Origin: Phaeosaccion multiseriatum
Lineage: Eukaryota; Protista; Ochrophyta, other classes
Assembly (NCBI GenBank): GCA_965112735.1
Contig: OZ218960.1
Span: 2,728,001-2,792,000 of the forward strand
Reading direction: 5' to 3'
Length of the DNA: 64,000 nucleotides
Positions within the stretch are counted from its first letter, which is position 1, and every line of letters begins with the position of its first letter. The position numbers and the translations under genes are program-made. The notes beneath the pieces are model-generated. The model saw only the letters and a program-made list of their open reading frames with translations, ran no database searches and was not told where the DNA came from. Shown piece after piece: positions 12,170-23,345 of the stretch.

Positions 12170-15168
12170 ATGAGTGAGACGCCCGGCGCTCAGCAGCCGC
12201 CGCCAGTGCCCATGGTGGACCCCCTTCCCACGGTGGCCATCCGCGACTTGCTCACTTGTGCCACCGACAAGGCGTACGGGGACCTAGCAGGGTGAGTCTA
12301 TCGTACTGAGCTGCTGATGAGCCAACTTCACCTCCAAACCAAGCCAAGAAGTCATGTGAAGCTGTGCAATAAATGCAAGGCCTATGTACTGTCTTTGCCT
12401 TGCCTCTTTGCCATTCCCCTCATCTTGCTTAGAATTTTTCACTACTTCCTTTCCCTCTTGGCCTTCCACTCTACCTAGGCTGGTGTTCAACCTCTCTCGA
12501 GAGAAGCTCGACACGCGCAAGGAGGAGATTCTTCGGTACATACGAACCACGCGGGCTCGCTTCCTCAGAGCCAACGTCGCGATTCGCTGGCTGCAGGAGT
12601 TCGGCCATGAGGAGCTTGTGCTCAACGCCAGGGCCGCGCTGCAGGTACCAGAGATGAATTTGTATCAGGGATGGAAGGACGAATGAGGGCAAAGTCGGCA
12701 CAATTTCGTGTCCGACAGAGTCAGGCATGATGAGCCTTCCTGCTGAGTGCGCCATGAGCCATCTGTAAAGGACTGGCCTGAGCCCAGCAGGCACACTCAG
12801 AGACGACAGCACAGGATGGATGCAAATGATTGCCCAAAGTGTTGGCGGAGTTCTGTCGTAGAGACCCCAGCTCGATGTGTCGGGAGCGGTAGCAGTGGCA
12901 GGCGCTGATAGCGGCACGATCCTCTGTTCGCTTGGACTCTGCACTCGTCCCCTCCCTCCCGCCCCCTGCCCGTCTTTTTCTCTGTCTCGTTCTATCTTTC
13001 TCTCTTTCAGTCAGCACCGAGTACGATACTTTCGTCCACACCAAGCGCCCCACCCCTAACCCGCTCCTCCTCCTCCTCCTCCTCCTCCTCCTCCTCCTCC
13101 TCCTCCTCCTCCTCCTCCTCCCTCCCTCCCTCCCTCCCTCCCTCCCCAGACCGCCCAGACGCACGGTGATCAAATTAACGAAGTGCAAGATCGCTTCTTC
13201 TTCATGCACGGAGGCCTCTTCGGGGCGCATCAGGGCGCCTATGAGGTCCCCGCGGCTCTCGATGTGCTCTTATCCGGCACCTATCGGCACCTGCCCACCG
13301 CCATTGCTCACTGTGGAGAGGACCAGGATCCTCGCCCGCTCATCCGAATGCCGGCGCAGAGAGAGGAGGTGCACAAAGAAAAACGTGATATTTTCCGTTG
13401 TCTCTGTCTCTGTCTCTGTCTCTCTCGCTCTCTGTCTCTCTTTCTCTCTTTCTCTTGTCGCTTCTCTCTCTCCCTCTCCCTCTCCTCCTGTGCAAGCCTC
13501 CTGTGCGGACCAAGAGCGGGCGGATGCAAAGCATACAAGTGACCCCGCTCTCTTCATCTTCTTATTGTTGCCATCTCCACCCCTTCCCACACTACCCCGT
13601 GCACCAGGTTCTGACACGGCTTGAGCGGGCCATTCGCCTGGCGCTGCTCCTTCGCGAACCCTTCCCCAGCTACTACGACACTGTGGCGTTACACAGGGGC
13701 AAGCTCACGCTGGGCGTGGCCGGGCAGTTCAAGGCCATGCTTGCTTTGGACGGAGAGGGGCCGGGGGCGCACTGGGTCCTTCTGGAGGTGGAGGTGAGGG
13801 AAAGGAGGAAGGAAGGAAGGGCGAGGGAGGGAGGGAGGGAGGGAGGGAGGGAGGAGGGAGGGGGGGGGGGCGAGAAGGCAAACCCGGGAAGCCCTCCACT
13901 CCTTCGAATGAGCGATACCGACGACTCTTGTGTCTTCACCATTGCCAACCATGGCCATCTCCCAGGGCCCTGCCTGGTCATCACATCATACCATCGACCC
14001 CCCCGCTCTCTCGCGTTTCTCTCTCTCTCTCTCCCTCTCTCTCTCTCTTTGTCTTTCTCTTCTCTCTCGCCCTCTCTCTGTCTCTCTCGGTCCTTCTCTG
14101 GCTGTTTTCTCTCCCTCTTTCCATCTCCCTATCTCTCATATCCTATCCCACCTCGTGATCCCACCCACCCCCCCTTTATTGTGTACTCCACACTGCTCTG
14201 TTGCATCTTAGATTCTCGTGGCGGCAGGCAGCGGAGAGGGAGTGCAGGGGCCTGTGATGGACCTCCGGCAGCGCGTGTATCTGCATGGGGTGGCTCAGCG
14301 AGCCATGGAACAGGAGGAGGGCACTGTCGCTGCTGCTGGTGCCGCTGCTGTATCACCAACTGGAGGAGGCAGCGGTGGTGGTGGTGGGGGTGCAAGAGGT
14401 GGCGACGTTACAAGTATGGAAGTGGATGGACAGCAACCGGAAGTCTCCACAGGACCATCAACAACAGCAGCAGCAGGAAGAGCAGCAGCAGCAGCAGGAG
14501 GAGGAGGAGGAGGAGGGGAAGGCAGGCCGCTGAGGAAGCTCTTCCACGTGGGGAGCGGCTTCTGCGCGGGCCTGCAGCTTGAGGTGCTGCACGCACAGGT
14601 GAGTTACACGCACCCACAGAATGAAGAATAGAGACACTCGATATCGACCTCTGGGGATACTCGATATCGACCTCTGGGGATATTCGATATCGACCTCTGG
14701 GTACTCGATATCGACCTGTGAACACTTATCAGTCCCTCTATATACTCCAATATACCGTGCTTTGGATTGGCAGTCTTTGTGTGGTGGCTGCCGCAATACC
14801 TGTAGGGACCTGAATAACTGAAACTGAACCTGAAACTGAACCTGAAACTGAATGCCCCACAGGCCCTGCAGATGGTAAGGAGGAGCGGTGCAGGGGCGGG
14901 AGCGGGCTTGTGGCAAGGGGGCTTGCTCGAGGTGTCCTTTGACAGGGATCGGGGCGTGCTGGACCTCTGCTTTTGGCACCAAGAGTACGCCTTTGCCGGC
15001 GAGGGAGGGCTGCTGCGAGTTGTGTCCAAGCCACAACAGCAGACTCATCCTACAGCCGGCGGCGGCGGTGGTGGTGGTGGTGATGGTGGTGGTGGTGGTG
15101 ATGGTGTCGAAGGCAAGGACCAACAAGCGGCTTCTTCTGGGGAAGGAGGAGGAGGCATGTCATCGCCG

Positions 15169-15205
<37 letters not shown>

Positions 15206-16711
15206 GAGGAGGAGCAGGAGCAGGCCTAAGCGGGAATGCGGTGGTCGTAGTACATTCAGCGGGCCCGGGGGCGGATTCTGCGCACTTTTCTCCGTCTGAC
15301 AACGTACCAACCACCGCTGACGATGAAGACGCAGGAGGGGAGGCGTTGGGCTGTTCTGTGGATGTGAATGGCGTGGCCCATCCGAAGGGGTGTCGATTTG
15401 TAAGGATATTTGCAGAGCAACAAGAAGAGAAAGGGGAGGGACGAGGGAAGGGAAGGGGGAGGAGCAGTGGCGGTGGGGTGACGCTTCGGGTGGCGATGGG
15501 TCACTATGACGACTACCTTCGCATGGGAAAGCGGGGTGATAGCGCACTAGGAGGAGGAGGAGGAGGAGAAGGAGGAGGAGGAGGAGCAGAAGGAGGAGGA
15601 GGAGGAGGAAGGGGAGGAGGAGGAGGAGGAGGAGGAGGAGGAGGAGGAGGAGGAGGAGGAGGAGGAGGAGGAAGGGGAGGGGGTCTTGAGCTGGATAGAC
15701 GATTAATCGCATTGTGGCAGCGTGCCGACGTGCATGTAACGCCCGACTCGATGAGCTGTGGCCGCGTGCTTGTGCAGGCAGCTAAAGTGTTCTGCAGGGC
15801 CAAGGCAGTGGCGTTGGCGGCTGAGATGGAGAGGGCGTGCAGAGAGAGAGTACTCGCGGTGAGGGTGGAGCTGGAGGAGGGGCAGCAGTGGGTGGTACAG
15901 AAGCAGCAGCGGGGGAAACGGGGGGAGGGGGGAGGAGATAGAGCAGGACGAGGGGCAGCAAGAGGAGCAGGAGCGGCGTGTTTGTGGGGGGCTGCGTTTA
16001 TGGTGCTCGGACCATGCCTTTGTGGGAGTGAAGGTAGACTTGCGAACGGGCCGCTGCATCGTGCGGTCGGGGGGGAGTAGCTCCAGTGCGAACGGTCCGG
16101 GAACGCTCCTGAGGAAGAGGCTCCAGGGCTTGGAGGACGAGCTCAACCTCAACCCAATGGGAGGGGCACAAGAGGAGGGAGGGGAGGGAGGAGAGGCATC
16201 GTCTTGGTCTTCTTCCTCTCGGCGGAGAAAGGAGAGGAGGGGGAGGCTTTCGGGGCGTTTGGGGGACGTGTTTCAGCTGCTGTGGATTCTGGACATTGAG
16301 ATGGAGACTCGCTCTTGCTTTGGCCTGACGCCGCAGCAGAAGTGGGGGGCGCTGCTGGGTAGGAATAATCTCGGTGCGGAAACAGAGGCAGCAGCAGCAG
16401 CAGCAGCAGGAGGAGGAGGAGGAGGGGGGGGAGGAGGAGACGGAGTGGCGTCTCTGGTGGGATGGCAGAGGACGTACGTGCCGCTGCTACAGGTGTGGGA
16501 GCCCGGAGCGAGGCTGGAGGAGCAGCCTCAAGACGGGGCTGGTGGTGGCAATTCGACAGGAGAGGATGGCAATTTCGGGGAGCAGCTCATGTTTTTGGTT
16601 GAGCTTGGCGTCTCCGCGGCGCCCGAGCTGCAGCTTCATGCCAATCTTCTCGTCACTTCCACGCCCGGGGGGCGGGGGGGAGGGGAGGGAGTTAGTTCTG
16701 CTGTTGGTGAT

Positions 16712-16751
<40 letters not shown>

Positions 16752-19700
16752 GAGGAGGAGGAGGAGGAGGAGAAGGAAAGGGAAATACGCGCGGTGCTTC
16801 GTCGTCGCTGCAACCCTCGCTGATTGAAGAGTTGGCCATCTCCGTAGACGACTTTGCTGCTGCACAAGTCCAGCACCAAGGACGCTTCGGCGGGGTGGGG
16901 GCCGACAACAGGAGGAGGGCGGCCCCCCTCCGGAGCAGGAGGGGGAGGGGGAGGGGGAGGGGGGGGCAGGAGGAGGAGGAAGAGGAGGACATGTCCTCCG
17001 TGGGCGAGGGGGGACGGCCACGGGCAGGGGCAGGGATGGGCGGCGGCGGCGGCGGCAGCCGGAAGAAGCGAAAGAGGCCCTTTTCTGTAACGGTCTTGCC
17101 CTCGTCTGCCGACGAGCACGCCGCCACGAATCAGACGAGCAGAAGCGGCGCGTCCCCCTCCTCCTCCTCCTCCTCCTCCTCTCGTGTTGGGCTTAGCTCG
17201 GGGATGGATCTTGCGCACCACCTTGGGGCGCTGTTCTCCGCAGGGCAGAGCCTTGTGCCGTTCGCCCGACTGCGGGTGAGTGAGTGAGTGAGTGAGTGAG
17301 TGAGTGAGTGAGTGAGGGACTGAGTGAGTGAGGGACTGAGTGAGTGAGGGACTGAGTGAGTGAGTGAGTGAATGATTAAGTGAATGAGTGAGTGAGTGAA
17401 TGAGTGAATGAGTGGATGGGGTAACGAGTGACTAAGTGACTGAGTCAGTGAATGAATGAGTGACAGAGTAAGTGAGTGAGTGAGTAGTGGGTGAATGAGT
17501 GAATGAGTGAGTACTGCAATGGTGTGCCAACAACAAGAGGAGGAGGAGGGGGGGGGGGGCGAGGGGAGAGAGAGAGAGAGAGATTGGGAGGGAGGGGCAA
17601 AAAGGCGTCCGCATTGGTGGGGTATGATCTCTTGCCTTTCCTCCAGTGCTTCCCGTCATTGAGTCTATTACCCTTCGATCAACCCAACCCCAAAGTGCTA
17701 ACTGATGCTCTGCCCCCTCGCTCTCTTCCTCCCTCTCCTCCCGCCCCTCCCCCCAACCGCAAACCGAAACCCCACTCCCCCTCCTGACACCCCCCTTGTT
17801 GCCCCTGTCCCTACCCCTGGCTGGCAGCGGGCGCTTTGCCTGGGTGGACGAGTTGTTTCCTCCGGCCCCGACGCCGCTGCCCTGCAACAAGAAGAGGAGA
17901 AGGAGCCTCTGGTGGGGCGCTTCTGTCTGGGCCAGCAGGTAGGTAAAGAGTGAAGTGTATGGGGTATAGCAGTCAAAAATAGAATTATCGCATCATCATC
18001 ATCATCATCATCATCATTATCATCGTCATCATCATCATGGTTCTACCCCTGTACCCGCCCATGTGTACCTGCACAGTTGGTTTGAGATGAGTGTATTGAT
18101 TTCATGCTGTGCTGTCCGACGCATGGGGCGGGGTGGGGGAGGGCATTCGCTCTGCTCTCTTGCTCTTTCTCTCGCGAGTAGTTCATCGCCGCCGAGAACC
18201 CCTTTTATCAACCAGCCCCCTCAATGTATCCTCTCCCTTTCCCTTTCCCTTTCCCTTTCCCTTTCCCTGTCCTGCCCTCCCCTTCACTTCTATGTTCTTC
18301 CCTTCCCTTTCCCTTTCCCTTTCCCTTTCCCTTCCTTTCCCTGTCCTGCCCTCCCCTTGCCCTGCCGCCCCTTCCTTCCCCCTGCTACGGCGCCGCAGCA
18401 ATGGAGACGCGTCCTACTGCCCCGTGGCTGGGGCGGCGGAACTCTCCAGGCAAGTTCTGCCTTTGTGCGCCACAGGGGCCAAGCCGGTTGGGAGTGGAGA
18501 GTACTCCTCAAGCAGGGGAGCAGTCTCCTCCTCAAGCCTGGCGACGACAACTCGGACAACCAACGCGACCGCCTTGATGGAGGAGGCGTTGGGTTGGTGA
18601 CGGCGGGGCTCGGAGCGGTGGATTTGAAGGTTCGTATCTTATGTATTACCTTAGGAGTGTCTTTGGGTGTGGTATCGATGGTGGGAAGGGGCCTTCGTTC
18701 TTCTCCGTTTTGTCTGTATCTGTCAGGGAGAGCGATCGAAATCCTTTCCTTCCTTCACATTTCCTTTCCCCTCTCTCCCCTCCCCCTGTCCTCTTGCTGC
18801 TCTTCTTCTCTCTCTCGCCCTCCACATGCATACGCACACACACGCACTCTCTCTCACTCACACATATATACATACACACATACACACGCACTTTGCAGAT
18901 ACCCCATGACGCCGATCTCCTGCAAGGCATTCGCATATTGGACACAGTCCCAGAAAAGCAGAACGGGGATGGAGGAGGGGGGGGACGAGGCGACACGGAG
19001 ACGGAGACAGGCAAGGCCCTCCACATCACCTTCCCCAGAGGGTGGCCTTTGCAGGTGAGGAAGGAAGCAACCACACATCTCTCCCACATCTCCCCTTCTC
19101 CCCCTGTCTTTCTCCTCTTCCTCCCTCTCACCCCGTCCCGTCTCTCTCACCCCTCCGCCTCTCTCTTTACCGCTCTTTTCCTCTCCTCCCCCCCTTTCCC
19201 TCTCCTCTCCCTCCCTCTCTCTCACTACCCCCCTCTCTCTCTTTCCCCTATCCTTCTCTGTCCCTCCCTCCCTGCCTCCCTCCCTCCCTTTCTCTCTCTC
19301 TCACCCCTCCCTCCCTCCCTCCCTCCCTCCCTCCCTCCCTCCCTCCCTCCCTCCCTCCCTCCCTCCCTCCCTCCCTCCCTCTCCCTCCTATCCCTCCCTG
19401 TCTCCCCCCCTCCCCCCCCCCCTCTCTCCCCCCTCCCTCCCCCCCTCTCTCCCTCCTCTGTCCCCCCAGTACATGCGGCAGGTCATGGCAGGAGGCTTGA
19501 GAGATGCGGTCACAGACATGGCGCTTACCGTGGTGCAAGCGCGCTCCATCCAACAGGAACAGAAGCAGCAGTTGGTAGTACAAGAGCAGCAACAGCAAGG
19601 ACAGCAGCAGCAGCAGCAAAAGAGGAAGAAGAGGAAGAAGGCAGGTGGCGGCGTCGCAGACGACTATGTCCTCCCTGAAGAGGGCTGGGGTGCCTCCTTC

Positions 19701-19941
19701 TCGATCCAATCCGTCGCTCCCTGGGGGATTGCAATCACGCCTACGTCCACGGCTGCGTCATCGGACGAGGGAGTTGCAGCAGCAGCAGCGGCGGCAGCGG
19801 CAGCGCACCTGAGGGAGAGAGGGCATGCTTCAAGCTCAGAGATCAGGGCGGTGAGCGAAGCTTTGTCGGACCGGAGCCACGCTCTCGTCGTCGTCACCCA
19901 CAAGGGGCTGCTGCGGAGCGGTTACGAGTGCCTGGCTGTGA

Positions 19942-19999
<58 letters not shown>

Positions 20000-20789
20000 G
20001 TTGGTGATACACCAGAAGCACCGGCTGGTGTGCCTGGTCTCGGAGGAACCCCTTCCCCGTGCCGTGCGCTCGGAGGTGCACAGCCTGTTGGCTCAGCAGT
20101 TGGTGGTACAGCAGCGGCACGAACAGCAACAGGACCAACAGCAGCAGTTGGTGGTACAGCAGGGCCTACGCGAGCTGCTGAGTGTGCTCGCGTCCACCGT
20201 GGCACCGCTCAAGGCCCTCGGGCGGGTGCTGCTGCTGGCGCTGTGGGAGGCTGACTCGGAAGGCAGGATAGAGGACGGAGGGACGACAACGACAAGGACA
20301 AGGAGGCAGGATGTCAGGACCGATGTCGATGCTGTTGGTGGCCGTGGGCAAGGGGGGCACTTTTGCTTCGTCCGACTCGCCAGCCTCGCCCCCTCGTCCT
20401 ACAAGCTGTTTTACAAACAGGCTGGCGGTGTATCACCAACTGCTCCTGCTGCTGCTGCTGCTGCTGCTCCTGTGGCGGCGGCGGCGACAAGTCTCGCCGC
20501 GCCGCCGCTGAGTGCCGTGCTTCGAGTTCTCCCGGGGGGGCTTATCGGCTGTCGAGTTGCGCCCGACACCAAGGTGTGGACGTCTCTCCGGCAGGATTGC
20601 ATGGGTCAGGGGCAGCCAGGAGGGGACTCTGTCACAGCTGCGGTTGCCGGCGAGGGAGGCGGGGAGCTCGACAAGGGGGCGGCACAGGAGGAGGAGGAGG
20701 AGGAGGAGGTGGAGGCGAGCACCTCGCTCGGGCTGTTGAAGGCTCTGGAGTCTGTGCTCCCACGCCTGAGGAGCCGCGCAGCCCCCTGA
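12170..20789 (+). CDS. MED14: Mediator of RNA polymerase II transcription subunit 14, multi-exon
   Basis: Spliced N-terminus …RKEEILRYIRTTRARFLRANVAIRW…QINEVQDRFFFMHGGLFGAHQGAYEVPAALDVLLSGTYRHLP…VLTRLERAIRLALL…HRGKLTLGVAGQFKAMLAL…WVLLEVE matches the Med14 N-terminal domain pattern. Downstream exons to 20789 are assigned by strand and splice continuity and are less certain. Confidence 0.8.
14636..14717. repeat. Four ~22-bp units TACTCGATATCGACCTCTGGG in a MED14 intron
   Basis: Visible tandem repeat with a palindromic TCGATATCGA core. Confidence 0.85.
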
Positions 20790-21011
20790 GGGTCTGTTGA
20801 GGGGTCGGGAATGGACGCTCAGCTGCTGGTGGATGTGTCACCAACCCCCTGCTAATACCATCGCTGGACGGCATCTCTTCTTCTTCCGACTCTGTCTACT
20901 CTGAGGCTGCCAAGGAGGGCCGAGTGGTGCGAGTGCGCTTGGTAGACAGGACAACGGGGAAGAGCAAAGACACGCTGTACACGCTGAGCATTCCCCCGAT
21001 GGGAGCTGCTG

Positions 21012-21568
21012 ATGGACAAGACCGAGCAGAGCGGGAGAGGAGGAGATCGAGGAGGCTCTGACGGCTCGGGAAGGCATGACAAGGCTGCAGGCAGTCTCCC
21101 CACCATGTTGGACCCGGCGGGGCGTGGCTTCATGGACATCAACGGCAAGGCCAAGGACGAGGTGGAGGGGACGTTTGACGGAGTGGACTTCAAGGAGGAG
21201 GGCTTTTCAGCTGTGGTGCAGCTTGTCACAACGGGTAGCATCAAGATTCTCCTTACCCGAGGGCGCCATGGGCTGCTGAGCACGGAGAGCACGAGTGGCG
21301 TCAGTGGTGATAGTAGCAGCAGCCCCGGGACCGTCTTTAGTGATACTCGCATAATCACATACACCGACCAATGACTAAGAGGCGGCGTGTGAAGCTGTTT
21401 GACGACGTGCGAGCGAAGCAGGATCTGCAGGCAGCGGGCTTCTTCTGCAGCGAGGCCATGTCGAGGGAGGTGAAGGCGCTCATGACTCTGTACGGCTTCG
21501 AGCTGGGCAAGGAAGGGGCGCCGCCAAGGAAGCGAAGCAGAGGAGTAGACAGTAGACCCATAGTCTAG
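21012..21568 (+). CDS. Possible small hypothetical gene or remnant (two overlapping ORFs)
   Basis: ORFs 21012-21374 and 21371-21568 have coding-like composition. No domain recognised; the join is unresolved. Confidence 0.25.
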
Positions 21569-21730
21569 GTACGGTCAATAAGCGTGCGGATACATTTTAG
21601 GTTTCCCTTAGTAGTGCGCGAGAGTATTGTACTTGCACAAAAACAATGAAGCCAGCGCATGAGGTTGCTGCCAGGGCTTGAACCTATTCACCTACACCTC
21701 GTGCTTGCTTTGCTTGGACCCCTTCCCTCC

Positions 21731-23050
21731 TCAGTAGTCTTGGTCACATATTGTCAAATCTACCCCTTCTTGCTTTGTGATTCGGAGCCAATCCACCTTG
21801 GACACCGATGGATTCCTCCGAATGTTCCTCTTAATGTTCCCTACATCCTCAAAGCCCCACGCGTCCTGCACCTCGAGGGACAGAATTGGCTGATGCGTTT
21901 CTGCCGAAGACACAAAGTCCTTGTTGATCCACACAATTTTGCCGTCGACAGTGAAGACCTGGCAAGCGTAGTTCCATTGGAGCCCGAAGATGTGGTACCC
22001 ACTCGTCAGCTCTACGCCGGGGTCAACGTAGCCATCAGCAAGGGGGCCTTCCACAAACGCCGAGTCGCCTTGGCCTGCGTGTACAGCAGGATGTATCCAG
22101 TTCAACGTCGAGAATGTGCCATCACTTTTCTCAAAGGGAATGTATTCCACAACATCAATCTCAGTCCCCGTTGCCAGATTCCGATCGTAGGCATAGTCCA
22201 CGTCATTCGAGTCCTTCCCCAAGGTGAAGAGCCACGCCGCAAACCAAATGCCGTGGGCGCGTGTGCGCGCAACGTTCGCCCGCACCTTAAAGTCAATTGT
22301 GCCATCGGTCCCAGGCCCCACCTTGTCCTTGTGAATCATGTAGCAAGAGCGGATATTTCCCCTCACTATCCTGGCCTGCAAGTTTAGAACTCCTCTATTC
22401 AACTTGCACTGACTGCGGGTGTTGGTGGCGTCTCGGAAACTGGTCCAGGAAGGAGTGAGCCAGTCTGCCGACAACGTGCCTCCGCTAAAGTTCTCGTTGA
22501 GCAGCGTCTCCGTCTCACCCATAAGGACCAAGAGGTTGGACTTGCTCGAATACACGGTATTGCCACCGGCTTGGTGAAGATACGCCGTGACGTAGAAGGA
22601 CCCCTTTAGAGTAGTGCGGTATGACTGCCCCTCCACAGTGGCGATGTACTCATCATTCTGATAAATATTGTAGCCACTCGGATTGCCTACGCTGTCCCAG
22701 CGCAGGCCGCGGCGCCACTTCCTGAGATTCGTCGGTGCAGCCACACTCCCGTCACCCCCGCCCCCACCATCCCCGATGGTCACTTCATTAGACCGACCTG
22801 AATAGACGCGCGGTGGGGGGGAAAATGCTGTGACATAGTAGGTGCCCGGCACATCAGTGCTGTATGAGCGTCCCGCGGTCACCGTGTCAATGTAGCTGTT
22901 GTCTCTGTAGATGTTATAGCCATCCGCGGAGGGAACACTGTTCCAAAGAAGGCCGGTACCCGTGACTTGGAGATTCTGCGGTGCAGCGAGGCCACTCACC
23001 GCTCCAACCAGCGACAGGAAGAAAGTGAATAAGAGCATCGACAGCGGCAT
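21731..23050 (-). CDS. Secreted glycoside hydrolase family 16 with two N-terminal FN3-like modules, intronless
   Basis: Signal peptide MPLSMLLFTFFLSLVGAVSG. Two AAPxNL…W.SV…GYNIY…YIxTV…YVTA…YS..SN modules. GH16 catalytic motif EIDVVE (ExDxxE) preceded by GIWFAAWL; YHIFGLQW and KVDWLRI strands. Confidence 0.85.
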   Translation of the reverse strand: MPLSMLLFTFFLSLVGAVSGLAAPQNLQVTGTGLLWNSVPSADGYNIYRDNSYIDTVTAGRSYSTDVPGTYYVTAFSPPPRVYSGRSNEVTIGDGGGGGDGSVAAPTNLRKWRRGLRWDSVGNPSGYNIYQNDEYIATVEGQSYRTTLKGSFYVTAYLHQAGGNTVYSSKSNLLVLMGETETLLNENFSGGTLSADWLTPSWTSFRDATNTRSQCKLNRGVLNLQARIVRGNIRSCYMIHKDKVGPGTDGTIDFKVRANVARTRAHGIWFAAWLFTLGKDSNDVDYAYDRNLATGTEIDVVEYIPFEKSDGTFSTLNWIHPAVHAGQGDSAFVEGPLADGYVDPGVELTSGYHIFGLQWNYACQVFTVDGKIVWINKDFVSSAETHQPILSLEVQDAWGFEDVGNIKRNIRRNPSVSKVDWLRITKQEGVDLTICDQDY

Positions 23051-23345
23051 GTTGTTACTTTGATTGTGCGACTTGAGGTGAGAAAATACATATCTTTCAT
23101 GATCAGATGGAAGGGGAGAAAAAAGGGATGGAATCGGACTGCTCACGAGGTGGTTCACAGATGCAACAGAGGACCAACATGCCAAGTATCCAAATCTGGA
23201 TCCTGATCATAATCATCGGTCACCTCACCTCTCTCTGCGTCTTCTCTTCATCTCGTGGAGTTTTAAATGTAGTCGCCCGCTCCCCCCTTACTCCTGCTTG
23301 CTCAAATTGATGAAGCGATTTTGCGGAAAGCCGTCGGAATCCGCC

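Noticed and set aside
14636-14717. Palindromic short repeats here and at 56611-56707 as mini-CRISPRs
   Set aside because: Head-to-tail units with no spacers, inside spliceosomal introns.
21659-22387. 242-aa plus-strand ORF
   Set aside because: Antisense shadow of the GH16 gene.
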